NCBI GenBank assembly: GCA_002376945.1
Contig: DFOX01000016.1
Location: 1,620 to 65,619, forward strand
DNA: 64,000 bases
DNA from: Patescibacteria group bacterium UBA3530
GTDB taxonomy: Bacteria > Patescibacteriota > Minisyncoccia > Phycocordibacterales > UBA2100
Reading direction: 5' to 3'
A program made the translations under genes and the position numbers. The notes below the pieces were generated by a model that had not been told where the DNA came from, ran no database searches, and worked only from the letters and a program-made list of their open reading frames with translations. Each line of letters opens with the position of its first letter. Positions within the stretch are counted from its first letter, which is position 1. Of the stretch, positions 18,621 through 29,605 are shown piece by piece.

Positions 18621-19838
18621 CTACGTGAGTAAATTTTTTCGTTGTTTTTGTCTATGGAATGAAATGGAAAATCGGTGTGCTTCCGCATTGGCCAGCAAAA
18701 TTTCATTTTGATATTTTTCAACCAGCGCTCTGTTGCCAATAATGCGACTGACTTTATGTTTATCGTTTTTTACCACATGCACCAACGGGATTGCATATTC
18801 AAATGTATCCAAGACACGTTGTGCAGCATTTCTTTGTGCTATTCCGCCATCTATCACTATCATATCAGGAAGCGACCATTCATCATGATTGAATCGTCGC
18901 TGCAACAATTCTTCAAGCGCTGCCACATCTCCTTTTTTCTTGGTAGCAATGTTGAACTTTCGATAATCGGAGGTGCGCGCCTTCCCTTCTGTAACTACCA
19001 CCATCACTCCCACGCGATTTTGTTCACTCATATGTGCAACGTCATACCCCTCTACTCTCTTCATATCACTCCCTGACGATACTTTGTAGTCACTTCCAAT
19101 CAGCGCAGTTTCTTGAATGTGTGTGAGGGCGAATATTTTTCTCTTAACCTCACTCGCCTTTTCAAATTCCTCCATCTTTGCCAATCTTTTCATCTCAGTT
19201 GTAAGTGTTTCCAGAAGCTTCTTTTTCTTTCCCTCAAAAAGTAGTTGCACATGACGTATCGTGCGGAGGTATTTTGTTTTGGATATTGAGCCGATACATA
19301 CCCCGGGACACAAACCTATTTGCTGATTGAAACAGGGTTTATGATCGGTGATTGCACATGCATCTCGAAAGGGAAATATCTTTCGCACCGTTTTCAACGC
19401 CTCTTTCAATCCACCTCCGGGAAATGGTCCAAACAACCGCTTTATATCCCGTTCTTTCCATGATGAAAACAGATCTCGTCCGCGAACGATGAGAACGCGA
19501 GGAAAATCTTCATTGGTGATAATAAGGTAGTTAAAACTCTTGTTATCCCTATCTCGCGTATTGTAGCGCGGATGATGTTTTTTGATCAAATTTGCTTCGA
19601 GGATAAGCGCTTCAAGCACTGAATCTGTTTTTTCAAACGTAACGGCAGTTGCCTCATCACGCATTGTCACGAGCAAGGGACCACGAGTATCATCCAAATG
19701 CTTTCCAAAATAGCTGCGGATGCGATTTCGAATGGAGGTCGCCTTACCAATATAGAGAATTTCTTTACGTGCATTGAGAAATAGGTACACACCTGGTGCA
19801 TCCGGAAGTTTTGTAAACTGAATGTCTTTTTTCCTCAT
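18621..19838 (-). CDS. uvrC: Excinuclease ABC subunit C (short form lacking the C-terminal HhH)
   Basis: GIY-YIG N-terminal domain ('APGVYLFLNARKEILYIGKATSIRNRIRSY') and a UvrC central domain ('VEGYDVAHMSEQNRVGVMVVV'). Likely start at the internal M (MRKKD) at 19838. Confidence 0.85.
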   Translation of the reverse strand: MRKKDIQFTKLPDAPGVYLFLNARKEILYIGKATSIRNRIRSYFGKHLDDTRGPLLVTMRDEATAVTFEKTDSVLEALILEANLIKKHHPRYNTRDRDNKSFNYLIITNEDFPRVLIVRGRDLFSSWKERDIKRLFGPFPGGGLKEALKTVRKIFPFRDACAITDHKPCFNQQIGLCPGVCIGSISKTKYLRTIRHVQLLFEGKKKKLLETLTTEMKRLAKMEEFEKASEVKRKIFALTHIQETALIGSDYKVSSGSDMKRVEGYDVAHMSEQNRVGVMVVVTEGKARTSDYRKFNIATKKKGDVAALEELLQRRFNHDEWSLPDMIVIDGGIAQRNAAQRVLDTFEYAIPLVHVVKNDKHKVSRIIGNRALVEKYQNEILLANAEAHRFSISFHRQKQRKNLLT

Positions 19839-19864
19839 ATAAACGCGTGACGGCCGTAGTAACT

Positions 19865-20104
19865 CTACGGCCGTTTGAGTGTTGGATCGGCGAGAATCCC
19901 TTTTAGTTGCGCCTGTCGCAGCGCATACGTGGGTAACACCCCGGATGTTCGATAGAAGATGTAGGATATCAGAACCCACTTTTTGTATCCATCAAATGTG
20001 CTGTGTTGGCAGCAGTACGCTTTCTCCAGAATCGCAACCGGACACGTGTTCTCACATTGGTACGCCTCTCGAAGAAATTCGAGCGTTTCCTCTGTTGATA
20101 GCAT
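19865..20104 (-). CDS. Small Cys-containing hypothetical protein between uvrA and uvrC
   Basis: ATG at 20104 with a GGAG RBS 7 nt upstream. The product contains 'CENTCPVAILEKAYCCQH' with four Cys and no known family. Confidence 0.4.
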   Translation of the reverse strand: MLSTEETLEFLREAYQCENTCPVAILEKAYCCQHSTFDGYKKWVLISYIFYRTSGVLPTYALRQAQLKGILADPTLKRP

Positions 20105-20169
20105 AATGTTCTCCAATCAAATATGTTCCTAAAGATACAATATACTCCATTAAATATGAAAGTACAGCG

Positions 20170-22752
20170 CTACCGCAATACTTTAGCCAGATACTTTCCG
20201 GTGTGGGAACTTTTATTCCCCACAATTTCCTCAGGAGTACCTTTTGCTATCAATCTACCGCCTTCATCACCACCTTCTGGTCCAAAATCAAGAATATAGT
20301 CTGAAGATTTAATGATATCCATGTTATGCTCAATCACCACTACACTATTTCCTCGTCGCACAAGCTCCTGAAGAATTTCAATAAGCTTTGCAACATCATC
20401 ATAATGGAGACCAACCGTTGGCTCATCCAAAAGATACATGGTTTTTGTTGTTCCAGGACGGTACAGTTCAGCGGCAATTTTGACTCGCTGTGCTTCTCCT
20501 CCTGAAAGCGTCGTCGCACTCTGACCCAGCGTTAAGTAGCCCAGACCAACATCATTGAGCGCTTTAAGCCGATCATAAATGCCTGCAATATCTTCAAAGA
20601 AAGTGAGTGCTTCTTCTATCGTCATGCATAGCACCTCGTAGATATTTTTTTCCTTGTACTTAACCTCTAGTGTTTCCTTTGTAAACCGTTTTCCCAAACA
20701 CAGATCACACGTCACATGCACTGTCGGAAGAAAATGCATCTCGACTGCAACCACTCCATTTCCCTGGCACGCTTCACATCTTCCTCCTTTCACATTAAAA
20801 CTAAATCTCCCCGGTTTCCACCCACGCGCACGTGCTTGGGTTGTTTGTGCAAATAGGTCGCGGATATGCGTAAACGCACCTGTGTAGGTTGCTGGGTTGG
20901 AGCGAGGAGTTCTTCCAATTGGTGATTGATCAATGAGAATTGATCGGGAGAGATATTCGGTTCCGGAAAAACGCGTGCAATTATATACCTTTGCGCTCCT
21001 GTACTTCCGATCAAAACGAGCTCGAAGATTCTCGTGTAGAATTTCGTACATAAAAGTGGATTTCCCGGACCCTGACACACCCGTGATGGTTACCAATCGT
21101 CCAAGTGGTACATCCACACTTAAATTCTTGATACTGAACTTTCGTCCCCCGCGCACCAAAAGCGCACCACGGTTTGAATTACGTCGCTTCTCGGGAATAT
21201 CAATCGATCGCTCACCTCGTAGATAGGATAGTGTTCGTGAACCACCCTTGGCAGTCTTTGCCGAAAGCAATGCTTCCAACCACCCGGCGGCAACGACTTC
21301 ACCCCCATGAACTCCGGCCCCTGGTCCGATATCAATCAGATAATCCGCCGCACGAATCGTATCCTCATCATGCTCAACCACCACAATGGTGTTACCAAGG
21401 TCTCGCAGATTTGTGAGCGTACGTATCAGTCGATCATTGTCTCGTTGATGCAATCCGATTGTGGGCTCATCGAGTACATACATAGCCCCGACAAGGCCAC
21501 TACCTAATTGGCTGGCTAATCGTATTCGTTGCGCTTCTCCTCCTGAAAGTGTGTTTGCACGCCGATCCAGTTCAAGATATCCGATTCCAACGTCGAGCAT
21601 GAATTGGAGGCGATCGGTGATTTCTTTGATAATGACTTTTGAAATTTCTTCCTCAGTTTTGGTAAGTTCAAGTGCGATAAAAAAATCTTGAGCATCTTCA
21701 ATTGAAAGTGAGGCGAGTTCAACTATATTTCTTCGGTGCTTCCCTTCACCCAAGAAAACATTGAGAGCCTCCCTTCGTAAACGTGCTCCTTTGCACACGT
21801 GGCAGGCATCGTCAATAAAAAATGCTTTTGTTCCAAGACCCTTGCATTCCTGACATGCGCCGTAGGGTGAGTTAAAGCTAAATAAGCGCGGTTCTATTTC
21901 CGGAAATGAAAATCCATCATAGGGGCACATAAATTTTGCGGAAATGATGTGCTCTTCTCCCGTTGGATCGACAATCTTAATGAGTCCGTCAGATTCGATC
22001 AGTGCTCTTTCTATTGCCTCCGCAACACGTTCTTGCGTGCCCTTCACATCCTCTCGAAATTCACTTACGTATATTTCATCAACCAGCACATCGATATCGT
22101 GCTTTTTGGTCTTTGAAAGAGTAACTCTCTCCCGAAGGCGTATATCATTGCCATCAACACGCACTCGCTCATACCCCTTCCCCAGGAAATCATAGAGTAG
22201 CTGGTAATATTCGCCCTTTCTTCCAACCACTACCGGGGCATAGAGTTGAATTTTTGCATTTGTCACATCCACACCCAGTATTTTCTGTGAGTCGGTGGTG
22301 GTTTCTGCAATTATTTTCGTAATGGTTTCCAAAATTTCTTCATTTGAGAGTCGGCGTATCGGACGGTCACACTTTAAACAGTGGGGCTTTCCAAGTCGTG
22401 CGTAGAGTACACGCAAATAGTCATATATTTCAGTGATGGTTGCGACGGTTGATCGGGGATTATTCGAACGAGACTTTTGATCAATCGAAATAGCAGGAGA
22501 AAGCCCGGTGATTTCATCGACATCAGGTTTCTGCATTTGTCGAAGAAACTGACGTGCGTATGCGGAGAGCGATTCAACATAACGTCGTTGTCCTTCGGCA
22601 AAAATAGTATCAAAAGCGAGTGATGATTTGCCAGATCCGGAGAGGCCGGAAATTACCACCATCTTGTTCCGTGGCAGTGTAACCGTAATGTTCTTTAAGT
22701 TGTGCGTTCGCGCACCCTTTATGATAATTTCATCTTCCATACATGTATCCAC
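20170..22752 (-). CDS. uvrA: Excinuclease ABC subunit A
   Basis: 860 aa with two ABC ATPase modules ('[16 protein letters not shown]' and '[12 protein letters not shown]') and Zn-finger CxxC motifs. Confidence 0.95.
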   Translation of the reverse strand: MDTCMEDEIIIKGARTHNLKNITVTLPRNKMVVISGLSGSGKSSLAFDTIFAEGQRRYVESLSAYARQFLRQMQKPDVDEITGLSPAISIDQKSRSNNPRSTVATITEIYDYLRVLYARLGKPHCLKCDRPIRRLSNEEILETITKIIAETTTDSQKILGVDVTNAKIQLYAPVVVGRKGEYYQLLYDFLGKGYERVRVDGNDIRLRERVTLSKTKKHDIDVLVDEIYVSEFREDVKGTQERVAEAIERALIESDGLIKIVDPTGEEHIISAKFMCPYDGFSFPEIEPRLFSFNSPYGACQECKGLGTKAFFIDDACHVCKGARLRREALNVFLGEGKHRRNIVELASLSIEDAQDFFIALELTKTEEEISKVIIKEITDRLQFMLDVGIGYLELDRRANTLSGGEAQRIRLASQLGSGLVGAMYVLDEPTIGLHQRDNDRLIRTLTNLRDLGNTIVVVEHDEDTIRAADYLIDIGPGAGVHGGEVVAAGWLEALLSAKTAKGGSRTLSYLRGERSIDIPEKRRNSNRGALLVRGGRKFSIKNLSVDVPLGRLVTITGVSGSGKSTFMYEILHENLRARFDRKYRSAKVYNCTRFSGTEYLSRSILIDQSPIGRTPRSNPATYTGAFTHIRDLFAQTTQARARGWKPGRFSFNVKGGRCEACQGNGVVAVEMHFLPTVHVTCDLCLGKRFTKETLEVKYKEKNIYEVLCMTIEEALTFFEDIAGIYDRLKALNDVGLGYLTLGQSATTLSGGEAQRVKIAAELYRPGTTKTMYLLDEPTVGLHYDDVAKLIEILQELVRRGNSVVVIEHNMDIIKSSDYILDFGPEGGDEGGRLIAKGTPEEIVGNKSSHTGKYLAKVLR

Positions 22753-22785
22753 ACCCCAGCATGAGGGCAGGGGTGAGTATGGGTA

Positions 22786-24852
22786 CTATACCATATCCTC
22801 AAGCACCTTCACTTCGTCTCGTAACAACGCCGCGGTTTCAAAATCTAGATTCCGTGCTGCAACAAGCATGTGTTTTCGCTTCTCTGAAATGAGTTTCCTT
22901 CGCTGTGCTGCTGTTTTGACAGACGCAATATCCATTTCTACCATTTTTGCCACTGCTTTTGAGTGACTTTTTACAAACTGGTCTGAAATGTCCTTCACCT
23001 GCTTTTGTATCGTCGCGGGTGTAATACCGTGCAGGGTATTGTACGCGACTTGTTTTTCTCGACGTCGTTGCGTCTCCTCAAGTGCATTGCGCATTGAACC
23101 GGTGATGTTTTCCGCATACAAGATGACACGTCCGTGTACATTTCGTGCCGCTCGTCCTATTGTTTGAATTAAGGCGGTGTCACTGCGGAGAAATCCCTCT
23201 TTGTCTGCATCTAAAATTCCCACCAACTCGACCTCGGGTAAATCCAGTCCTTCACGCAGTAAGTTTACGCCAACGAGAACATCAAATGTTCCTTGTCGGA
23301 ACTGGGTAAGTATTTTAATTCTCTCTACAGTCTTTATACCGCTATGGATGTATTCTGCACGAATTCCGGTGTCGCGTAAGAATTCTGCCAAATCCTCTGC
23401 CATTTTCTTGGTGAGCACCGTCACCAGTGATCGAGCACCGCGCTTTGTTACCGCATCCGCTGCAGCTATGAAATCTTTAACCTGCCCTGCATATCGCCCC
23501 TTGGACACGACCGGTCGCACATCAATTTCTGGATCAACCAATCCGGTTGGACGAATTATTTGTTCCACAATGTGACACGAGCTCGAGTGTGACGCATGGT
23601 GAGATTGGTGATCTCCACTACCACTGCACGTTAGTTCATACTTTCCCGGAGTCGCGCTTACATACACCGCCTCGCCGATAGATTCTTCAAATTCATCAAA
23701 TGACAATGGTCGATTATCCCGTGCACTCGGCAGTCTGAACCCATGATTAATGAGTGTGTTTTTGCGCGCATTGTCTCCCGCATACATGCCTGCTATTTGT
23801 GGAATGGTGACGTGTGATTCGTCGATAACGGTTAGAAAATCAGCTGAACCGTCTTCCCTTTTTGGAAAGTATGAAAGTAGTGTATGCGGCGGCTCTCCTT
23901 CACCCCTCCTGTCAAAGTGCCGCGAGTAATTTTCAATGCCGCTGCAGTATCCGATTTCCTTGATCATCGCGATATCTTGTCGTGTCCTTCGGTTGAGTCG
24001 CTCCGCATCCAATTCCCGACCTGACCTTCTCAGGAGAGCAAGTTGACCTTGTAACTCTTCCTCAATATCCGCAATAGCCATATCCACAACCTCATCCGGC
24101 GTCACAAAGTGTTTTGCCGGAAAGAGATCTATTTCCACCTCTTCTCCCTTCACTTCTCGAGTGATAGCATCCAGCGTCTCCACTTTCGAAATGATCTCTC
24201 CATTGAAGTGTACGCGATGCAGTACCTGTTCATGTGATGGCATTATTTCAACCGTATTTCCAAGAGCACGAAATGTTCCCGGAGTGGGGTCACCCGCAAC
24301 TCGCTCAAAATACATGGAAACGAGATTTCGTATAAGTGTCGCACGTGTATGCTTTGTACCTGCACCCAGATGTAATATGACTTTCGCATATTCTCCCGGA
24401 TTGCCCAGTCCGTAAATTGCTGAAACCGAGGCGACGACAATAACATCTTTCTTTGTCAGAAGCGCCTGCGTTGCTGCATGCCGCAATCTGTCAATTTCTT
24501 CGTTGATCTGCGCCTCTTTCTCGATGTAGGTATCGGTAACGGGGACATATGCTTCCGGTTGATAGTAATCGTAGTACGATACAAAGTAGTGTACCTCATT
24601 GTCCGGAAAAAATTCCCTGAATTCAGCGGCGAGCTGTGCAGCCAATGTCTTATTATGTGCAATAACAAGTGTGGTTTTGCCGGTATTTTGAATAACATTA
24701 GCAATGGTAAACGTCTTTCCCGTTCCCGTTGCGCCCAGTAGTGTTTGGTGACGCGCTCCTTGCAGTACACCATCTGTTAATGCAGCAATAGCCGCTGGTT
24801 GATCTCCAGCGGGTGTATATGGATTACGTAGCTTGAATACATTGCTCTGCAT
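22786..24852 (-). CDS. uvrB: Excinuclease ABC subunit B
   Basis: '[17 protein letters not shown]' Walker A plus helicase motifs. It carries a His/Cys/Ser-rich insertion of about 20 aa ('[20 protein letters not shown]') before the conserved '[11 protein letters not shown]'. Confidence 0.95.
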   Translation of the reverse strand: MQSNVFKLRNPYTPAGDQPAAIAALTDGVLQGARHQTLLGATGTGKTFTIANVIQNTGKTTLVIAHNKTLAAQLAAEFREFFPDNEVHYFVSYYDYYQPEAYVPVTDTYIEKEAQINEEIDRLRHAATQALLTKKDVIVVASVSAIYGLGNPGEYAKVILHLGAGTKHTRATLIRNLVSMYFERVAGDPTPGTFRALGNTVEIMPSHEQVLHRVHFNGEIISKVETLDAITREVKGEEVEIDLFPAKHFVTPDEVVDMAIADIEEELQGQLALLRRSGRELDAERLNRRTRQDIAMIKEIGYCSGIENYSRHFDRRGEGEPPHTLLSYFPKREDGSADFLTVIDESHVTIPQIAGMYAGDNARKNTLINHGFRLPSARDNRPLSFDEFEESIGEAVYVSATPGKYELTCSGSGDHQSHHASHSSSCHIVEQIIRPTGLVDPEIDVRPVVSKGRYAGQVKDFIAAADAVTKRGARSLVTVLTKKMAEDLAEFLRDTGIRAEYIHSGIKTVERIKILTQFRQGTFDVLVGVNLLREGLDLPEVELVGILDADKEGFLRSDTALIQTIGRAARNVHGRVILYAENITGSMRNALEETQRRREKQVAYNTLHGITPATIQKQVKDISDQFVKSHSKAVAKMVEMDIASVKTAAQRRKLISEKRKHMLVAARNLDFETAALLRDEVKVLEDMV

Positions 24853-24888
24853 GCAGCTACTCTACAACTAATATGACGGTTTGGCTAT

Positions 24889-25416
24889 TTAATCTACCCC
24901 CTTATCAACACGCATTAACACGACGTCGAATATCAGTGTTGCATTGGCAGGTATCAACTCAGTACCGTCAGAAGCAACTACTGCTTGATCACCGTACGCT
25001 AATTCCGGTGGAATAACCAAACGGCGCGTGCCACCTTCACGCATTCCTAAAAGTCCAAAATCCCATCCTTGAATCACTTCTTCACGTCCAAGCGTAAAAG
25101 AGAAAGGTTGATCCTGACCGGTTGAGTTATCAAATTGTCTTCCGTCCTCAAATTGGCCCGTGTAGTGCACATATACAACATCTCCACTGCGAGCTTCTGC
25201 ACCATCTCCTATCAAAAAATCAATCACTTCAAAACTAGTGTTATATACGGTAGTAACTGCGTAGGTATTCTTGGCAATTTCTTTTGTTTGCTCAAAAAGT
25301 CGGAATGGTTCATTTGGTGCAGACGCTTGACTTGAGAAGATAAAAGGAGCGAAACCAAACGCGACGAACATCGCTGCAACGACTGCCACTCCTTCTTGTA
25401 CACTGAGTTTTGACAT
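24889..25416 (-). CDS. FKBP-type peptidyl-prolyl cis-trans isomerase (secreted or membrane-anchored)
   Basis: 'GDVVYVHYTGQFEDGRQFDNS' and 'GWDFGLLGMREGGTRRLVIPPELAYG' FKBP motifs, with an N-terminal hydrophobic segment. Confidence 0.85.
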   Translation of the reverse strand: MSKLSVQEGVAVVAAMFVAFGFAPFIFSSQASAPNEPFRLFEQTKEIAKNTYAVTTVYNTSFEVIDFLIGDGAEARSGDVVYVHYTGQFEDGRQFDNSTGQDQPFSFTLGREEVIQGWDFGLLGMREGGTRRLVIPPELAYGDQAVVASDGTELIPANATLIFDVVLMRVDKGVD

Positions 25417-25466
25417 ACGTATGTATATAATAGCGCAAAAACCACAAACGAAATGAACTTATCCAC

Positions 25467-27080
25467 CTAGGTAAGGAATAATCTCGCCAATCGTAATTCA
25501 TCGTATGAATATCTTCCTCCCAGCGCCTTGTGAATCGGAGTCAGTGCAACTTTTCCAGACTCTTCAAACGCCATTTGTATCTCACGCATTACTTCCTCTT
25601 CTGGAGATAGATGTCGAAACACCATTGGGTCCAATCGCTCCAGATGCCCGATGATGGTCCCGACCGTCATGTTTCGCGCATGCGCTATCTCCTTTAAGCT
25701 CTTTTTCTCCTCCAGCAATAACTTTGTTTTCTCATAGGTGGAGAGCTTCTTCGAATCCACTAGGTTGCGAGCGATCTTTTTGATAAATGTGTTTTGCATC
25801 TCTTGGATTTTAGTGTCTGAGAGTTTTGCAAAAATGTGATCCCAATGCTCGGATTCAACTTGTAATCGTTCATCTAATCGCTTTACATACGGATGTATCT
25901 GCAATGCTGTTGCATTAATCCCGCGAAGCACCAGTCCCCTGAGGGTACGTGCGCGAGAGAGAGCTACATACCCTTGCCCGGGAGTGAACGCACGCGAAAG
26001 ATCAACCTCAACTGCATCCAAACTCATACCTTGACTCTTATGCACCGTGATTGCCCAAGCAAGTCTGAGGGGAATTTGTGAGACACTTGCGAGTACCTTG
26101 TTATCATCAGTTGTCTCCCACGAAACAGTACTTGCCACCACTTTTCGTCCATCATGTGTTTGTACAACGGGATATGCTCCCGCTAGATCAACAACTTCTC
26201 CAAGTGTTCCATTTACATACTCCTGTTCCGGATGATTTTTGACGAACATGACGTGTGCTCCCACTTTCAGCTCTAACACCTCCGGTGCGAGCACGCTCCT
26301 TTTAAGTGCGGTGACCAAATGAGCTCTTCCCGTTGAAGTCATTTCGAATTGATGCACATTAGTATTTAACTTTTGCAACTCAGTATTGTTCCGCTCATCC
26401 ACTCGTTCATTGTGTGTATGCAACACAACTGCTGATACACTCTCCTCCTCTTGTTGCTCATTCATTCGATTCTCTAATGATTCTTGTGTCATGTACGATA
26501 TTTCTCCACTTCGAATATCATTGAGTATAGTGAGGAGATCATCGTCCCGCTGTCGATATTGTTCGGTGAGGTAACATGTTCGAAAATCTCCATCGCGCCA
26601 GGAATGTGCAGCATCTGCAAACAGATCAGTGGACCCGTTTCTCACTACGGGTGGAAGTTGGAAGAAGTCGCCGGAGAGAATTACTTGCATACCGCCAAAG
26701 GGTTTCTCATTTTGCTTCATTACCTTAGCCACTTGATCCACCATATCGAGCAGTTCGGGCCTGAGCATTGAGATTTCATCGATAATCAGTACATCAGTTC
26801 TTTGATACCGCTTGAAAAGCGGTTGCCGCTGTATGAGTGCGTCAATATCCCATTCACTCAAATGTTCTTTGATTCCGATTCCAGACCACGCGTGGATCGT
26901 CATACCACCTAAGTGTGTTGCCGCTATGCCGGTTGATGCAGTGATTCCAACTCCCACATTATGCTTCTGCAAATACGCAATATACTGGTTGAGCACGTGC
27001 GTTTTGCCTGTTCCTGCCGCACCAGTTAGGTACACGTTACGGCCGGTCTTTAAAATGTTAAGTGTTGTTTCTTGCAACAT
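25467..27080 (-). CDS. RecD/PIF1-like ATP-dependent DNA helicase
   Basis: 'YLTGAAGTGKTHVL' Walker A and 'VLIIDEISML' Walker B, with a C-terminal UvrD_C-like region. Confidence 0.8.
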   Translation of the reverse strand: MLQETTLNILKTGRNVYLTGAAGTGKTHVLNQYIAYLQKHNVGVGITASTGIAATHLGGMTIHAWSGIGIKEHLSEWDIDALIQRQPLFKRYQRTDVLIIDEISMLRPELLDMVDQVAKVMKQNEKPFGGMQVILSGDFFQLPPVVRNGSTDLFADAAHSWRDGDFRTCYLTEQYRQRDDDLLTILNDIRSGEISYMTQESLENRMNEQQEEESVSAVVLHTHNERVDERNNTELQKLNTNVHQFEMTSTGRAHLVTALKRSVLAPEVLELKVGAHVMFVKNHPEQEYVNGTLGEVVDLAGAYPVVQTHDGRKVVASTVSWETTDDNKVLASVSQIPLRLAWAITVHKSQGMSLDAVEVDLSRAFTPGQGYVALSRARTLRGLVLRGINATALQIHPYVKRLDERLQVESEHWDHIFAKLSDTKIQEMQNTFIKKIARNLVDSKKLSTYEKTKLLLEEKKSLKEIAHARNMTVGTIIGHLERLDPMVFRHLSPEEEVMREIQMAFEESGKVALTPIHKALGGRYSYDELRLARLFLT

Positions 27081-27168
27081 ACGTACGTGGCATTACCGTG
27101 TTGATACTGAGTATGGAGATGTAGAAATTGGCATGCATACGAGTATCATACCAGATACAAATGCTGAT

Positions 27169-27771
27169 CTATTGTATCGTGACCGACACGATGGTAACTG
27201 GTTCAATAGGTCGATCTTGTGCATCGGTTGGTGTATTTTCAATTGCGGTCACCACTTCCATTCCTTCAATCACCTCTCCAAACACCGTGTGTTTAGGATC
27301 TAAGAAATTGTTATCCGCCACATTGATGAAGAATTGGCTTCCGTTTGTGTTTGGTCCGGCATTGGCCATTGCGATTGTTCCGGTAGTATTTTGATTGTTT
27401 ACATGAATCTCATCGGCAAACGTATATCCAGGTCCACCTGTTCCCCAGCGATCTTTCATTGAATCATCTTTGGTGAGCGGGTCACCTCCCTGAATCATGA
27501 ATCCTGGGATAACACGGTGAAATTTTATACCGTCATAGTATCCATCGCTGGCTAATCGTACAAAGTTTTCCACTGTTTGCGGTGCATCCGTTGCATTAAG
27601 CCCCAGTGTAATGGTGCCAAGTGATGTTTCCATCACGACCACCGGACTATTTTCTTCAACTACCGTCGTTATTTGATCTTTTTCGTTTGCATTATTTGTT
27701 GGTGACATAATATATGAGATCGCCCCGAGTGCGATGATAATAATACCTACTAGTACATACACATACTTCAT
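27169..27771 (-). CDS. Cyclophilin-type peptidyl-prolyl cis-trans isomerase with an N-terminal TM anchor
   Basis: 'FHRVIPGFMIQGGDP', 'GTIAMANAGPNTNGSQFFI'. Confidence 0.9.
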   Translation of the reverse strand: MKYVYVLVGIIIIALGAISYIMSPTNNANEKDQITTVVEENSPVVVMETSLGTITLGLNATDAPQTVENFVRLASDGYYDGIKFHRVIPGFMIQGGDPLTKDDSMKDRWGTGGPGYTFADEIHVNNQNTTGTIAMANAGPNTNGSQFFINVADNNFLDPKHTVFGEVIEGMEVVTAIENTPTDAQDRPIEPVTIVSVTIQ

Positions 27772-27825
27772 GACAATAGCATACTAAAAAAGTTCAAAGC
27801 CGGCAATTGCACCGGCTTTGAAAGT

Positions 27826-28122
27826 TCATTCGATACGCCTGGGTCTCCTGTGTGCTCTCAGGCGTTCAGCGGCTTTCTCCAAATCACTGCGACGGAACGC
27901 GACGTCCAACTCCGTACTGTTGTGCTGGAAGTAAAACCGCTCCGCGCGACCAAGTGGTAAACCGATACCTTTCCTGTTTTGGCGAAGTGTATAGCTTATC
28001 CCGTCTTTGCTCCACAAAGTGAAGGAAATCCCCTCAAACCACGCATTGACTACAACCTCCTTCAGAAGATCCATGGTGTCGGGAGGAAGTGTCCCCTTAA
28101 TGCTAATAATCATAGGTTCCAT
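27826..28122 (-). CDS. Hypothetical protein
   Basis: 98-aa ORF with no recognisable motif. Confidence 0.4.
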   Translation of the reverse strand: MEPMIISIKGTLPPDTMDLLKEVVVNAWFEGISFTLWSKDGISYTLRQNRKGIGLPLGRAERFYFQHNSTELDVAFRRSDLEKAAERLRAHRRPRRIE

Positions 28123-28180
28123 CTCTGCCCCCTTAATAAAGCTGAGGTAATGATGTAATTTCAGAAGTGTTTTGTCAAAG

Positions 28181-28657
28181 TCAATTTAGTGAGAAAAGTG
28201 AGTAATTTAAATAGACGGCAAAACTAACCCATAGAAGATACGGAAGCAGTAGTGCCCCGGCACGAGAATCGATTCTCCAGAATAGAAGCGTTGAGAGAAG
28301 GATCAAAACCCAGAGTAGCAGTATCACCAACAAAGCGAGTGCTATATTTTGCATGCCGAAAAATGCAACAGACCAGAATGCATTTACGCCCAAATGCACT
28401 AGAAAAAATGAGAACGCAAATTGTACTCTCCGATAAGACAACCCGCGATGCCACACTAAGTACAATGCAATTCCCATGAGTGTATAGAGAATAAACCAAA
28501 CTGGTCCAAATACCCAGTCCGGCGGACTAAAAGAGGGTTTTGTAAGTGTCGTATACCATATCGACATCGAAGAAACACCGAAGAGCGCGCCGATGAATCC
28601 AGGGCTTTGTGCGAGTGTAATTGAGCTGGCGAGCTTCAAGATATTTTTACTCCGCAT
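28181..28657 (-). CDS. tspO: TspO/MBR family tryptophan-rich sensory protein
   Basis: Five TM helices and the TspO signatures 'PPDWVFGPVWFILYTLMGIALY' and 'LLLPYLLWVSFAVYLNYS'. Confidence 0.85.
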   Translation of the reverse strand: MRSKNILKLASSITLAQSPGFIGALFGVSSMSIWYTTLTKPSFSPPDWVFGPVWFILYTLMGIALYLVWHRGLSYRRVQFAFSFFLVHLGVNAFWSVAFFGMQNIALALLVILLLWVLILLSTLLFWRIDSRAGALLLPYLLWVSFAVYLNYSLFSLN

Positions 28658-28806
28658 ACATGCAGTATAGCATGCGTGGTTCTTGGTTTAGTGAGTTTTT
28701 TGTTGTTGCTGGCGGAGTTGCAAATGGTTCGAACCCTCATTTTGGTGAATTAATTCCTATTTAATAAGAAATAAAGGATGCTGGCTCAATTTATCCAAGA
28801 AAGACT

Positions 28807-29031
28807 TTAGTTTCTTAATTCTTCGTATTCCTCTTTAGTTAATTTCACGTCGTTGAGTATTTTACGTAGCAACCCTTTACTCAACTCTTTTTTATGGGTA
28901 GGTATAGTAGTAGTTCTACCATCAGGATGACGTAAAAATACATGTGAACCTTCTGCATCCCTCTTTATAAAACCAATACTTAGTAATAATTTTAGCAATG
29001 TCCTAGATTTGACAGGAACAAGTTTAACCAT
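28807..29031 (-). CDS. hicA: HicA-family toxin (mRNA interferase, YcfA-like)
   Basis: 'GSHVFLRHPDGRTTTIPTHKKELSKGLLRKILNDV' matches the HicA signature, including the catalytic His. Confidence 0.8.
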   Translation of the reverse strand: MVKLVPVKSRTLLKLLLSIGFIKRDAEGSHVFLRHPDGRTTTIPTHKKELSKGLLRKILNDVKLTKEEYEELRN

Positions 29032-29239
29032 GAACTACACTTATGTTTTGTATCCCTACAAATTGCATCTTTGATTTTGGTCGCATGTTACGTATGCACA
29101 ATTTAAGCACCTGTTGTAGATTCTCAGTAACTTCTTTGTAGGTATCACCTTCTGTATAGCACCCAGGAACAGAAGGAACGGAACCAACAAAAATTCCGTC
29201 TTCATCCTTCTCTATATATGCTACGTATTGTTTATCCAT
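29024..29239 (-). CDS. hicB: HicB-family antitoxin (UPF0150, short form)
   Basis: 'YIEKDEDGIFVGSVPSVPGCYTEGDTYKEVTENL'. It overlaps hicA by 8 bp. Confidence 0.75.
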   Translation of the reverse strand: MDKQYVAYIEKDEDGIFVGSVPSVPGCYTEGDTYKEVTENLQQVLKLCIRNMRPKSKMQFVGIQNISVVHG

Positions 29240-29439
29240 ATATTTATAGAGTAACTATCTATGAGTTAAAAATCAAGCTGACAGACTTGGACTCGACCAT
29301 AAGTCGCTAAACATAATCTGCGCGCTTCACGCTTGATTCTGTTAAGTGCTCCTGGTCTGGGCTCGGCGACAAGCACTCGCTCCGCTCGTCTTGTATATCG
29401 CCTCCGCCTTTCTCGTCTAATCTGGCAGAGTCACGGTAA

Positions 29440-29467
29440 AACCCCATGGGTATACCATGGGGTTAAC
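29440..29467 (-). terminator. Terminator hairpin downstream of tRNA-Gln
   Basis: AACCCCATGG-gtatac-CCATGGGGTT followed by TTTT on the minus strand. Confidence 0.5.
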
Positions 29468-29476
29468 CGTGCCTAG

Positions 29477-29547
29477 CTACCGGACAGGGACTCGAACCCC
29501 GATTACTTGGACCAAAACCAAGTGTCCTACCATTAGACGATCCGGTA
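29477..29547 (-). tRNA. tRNA-Gln (anticodon UUG)
   Basis: Manual fold of TACCGGATCGTCTAATGGTAGGACACTTGGTTTTGGTCCAAGTAATCGGGGTTCGAGTCCCTGTCCGGTAG. It has the U1:A72 pair typical of bacterial tRNA-Gln and anticodon loop TTTTGGT. Confidence 0.85.
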
Positions 29548-29605
29548 CTGTGTGGTGGTATCCTAACAGATGCCGCACCAACTAACAATTTATTGAAATC
29601 GACAC

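Noticed and set aside
29286-29300. Partial direct repeat of the tRNA-Gln T-arm as an att site
   Set aside because: Only about 8-10 nt match, and it does not bracket hicAB. No integrase is present, so it cannot be distinguished from chance.
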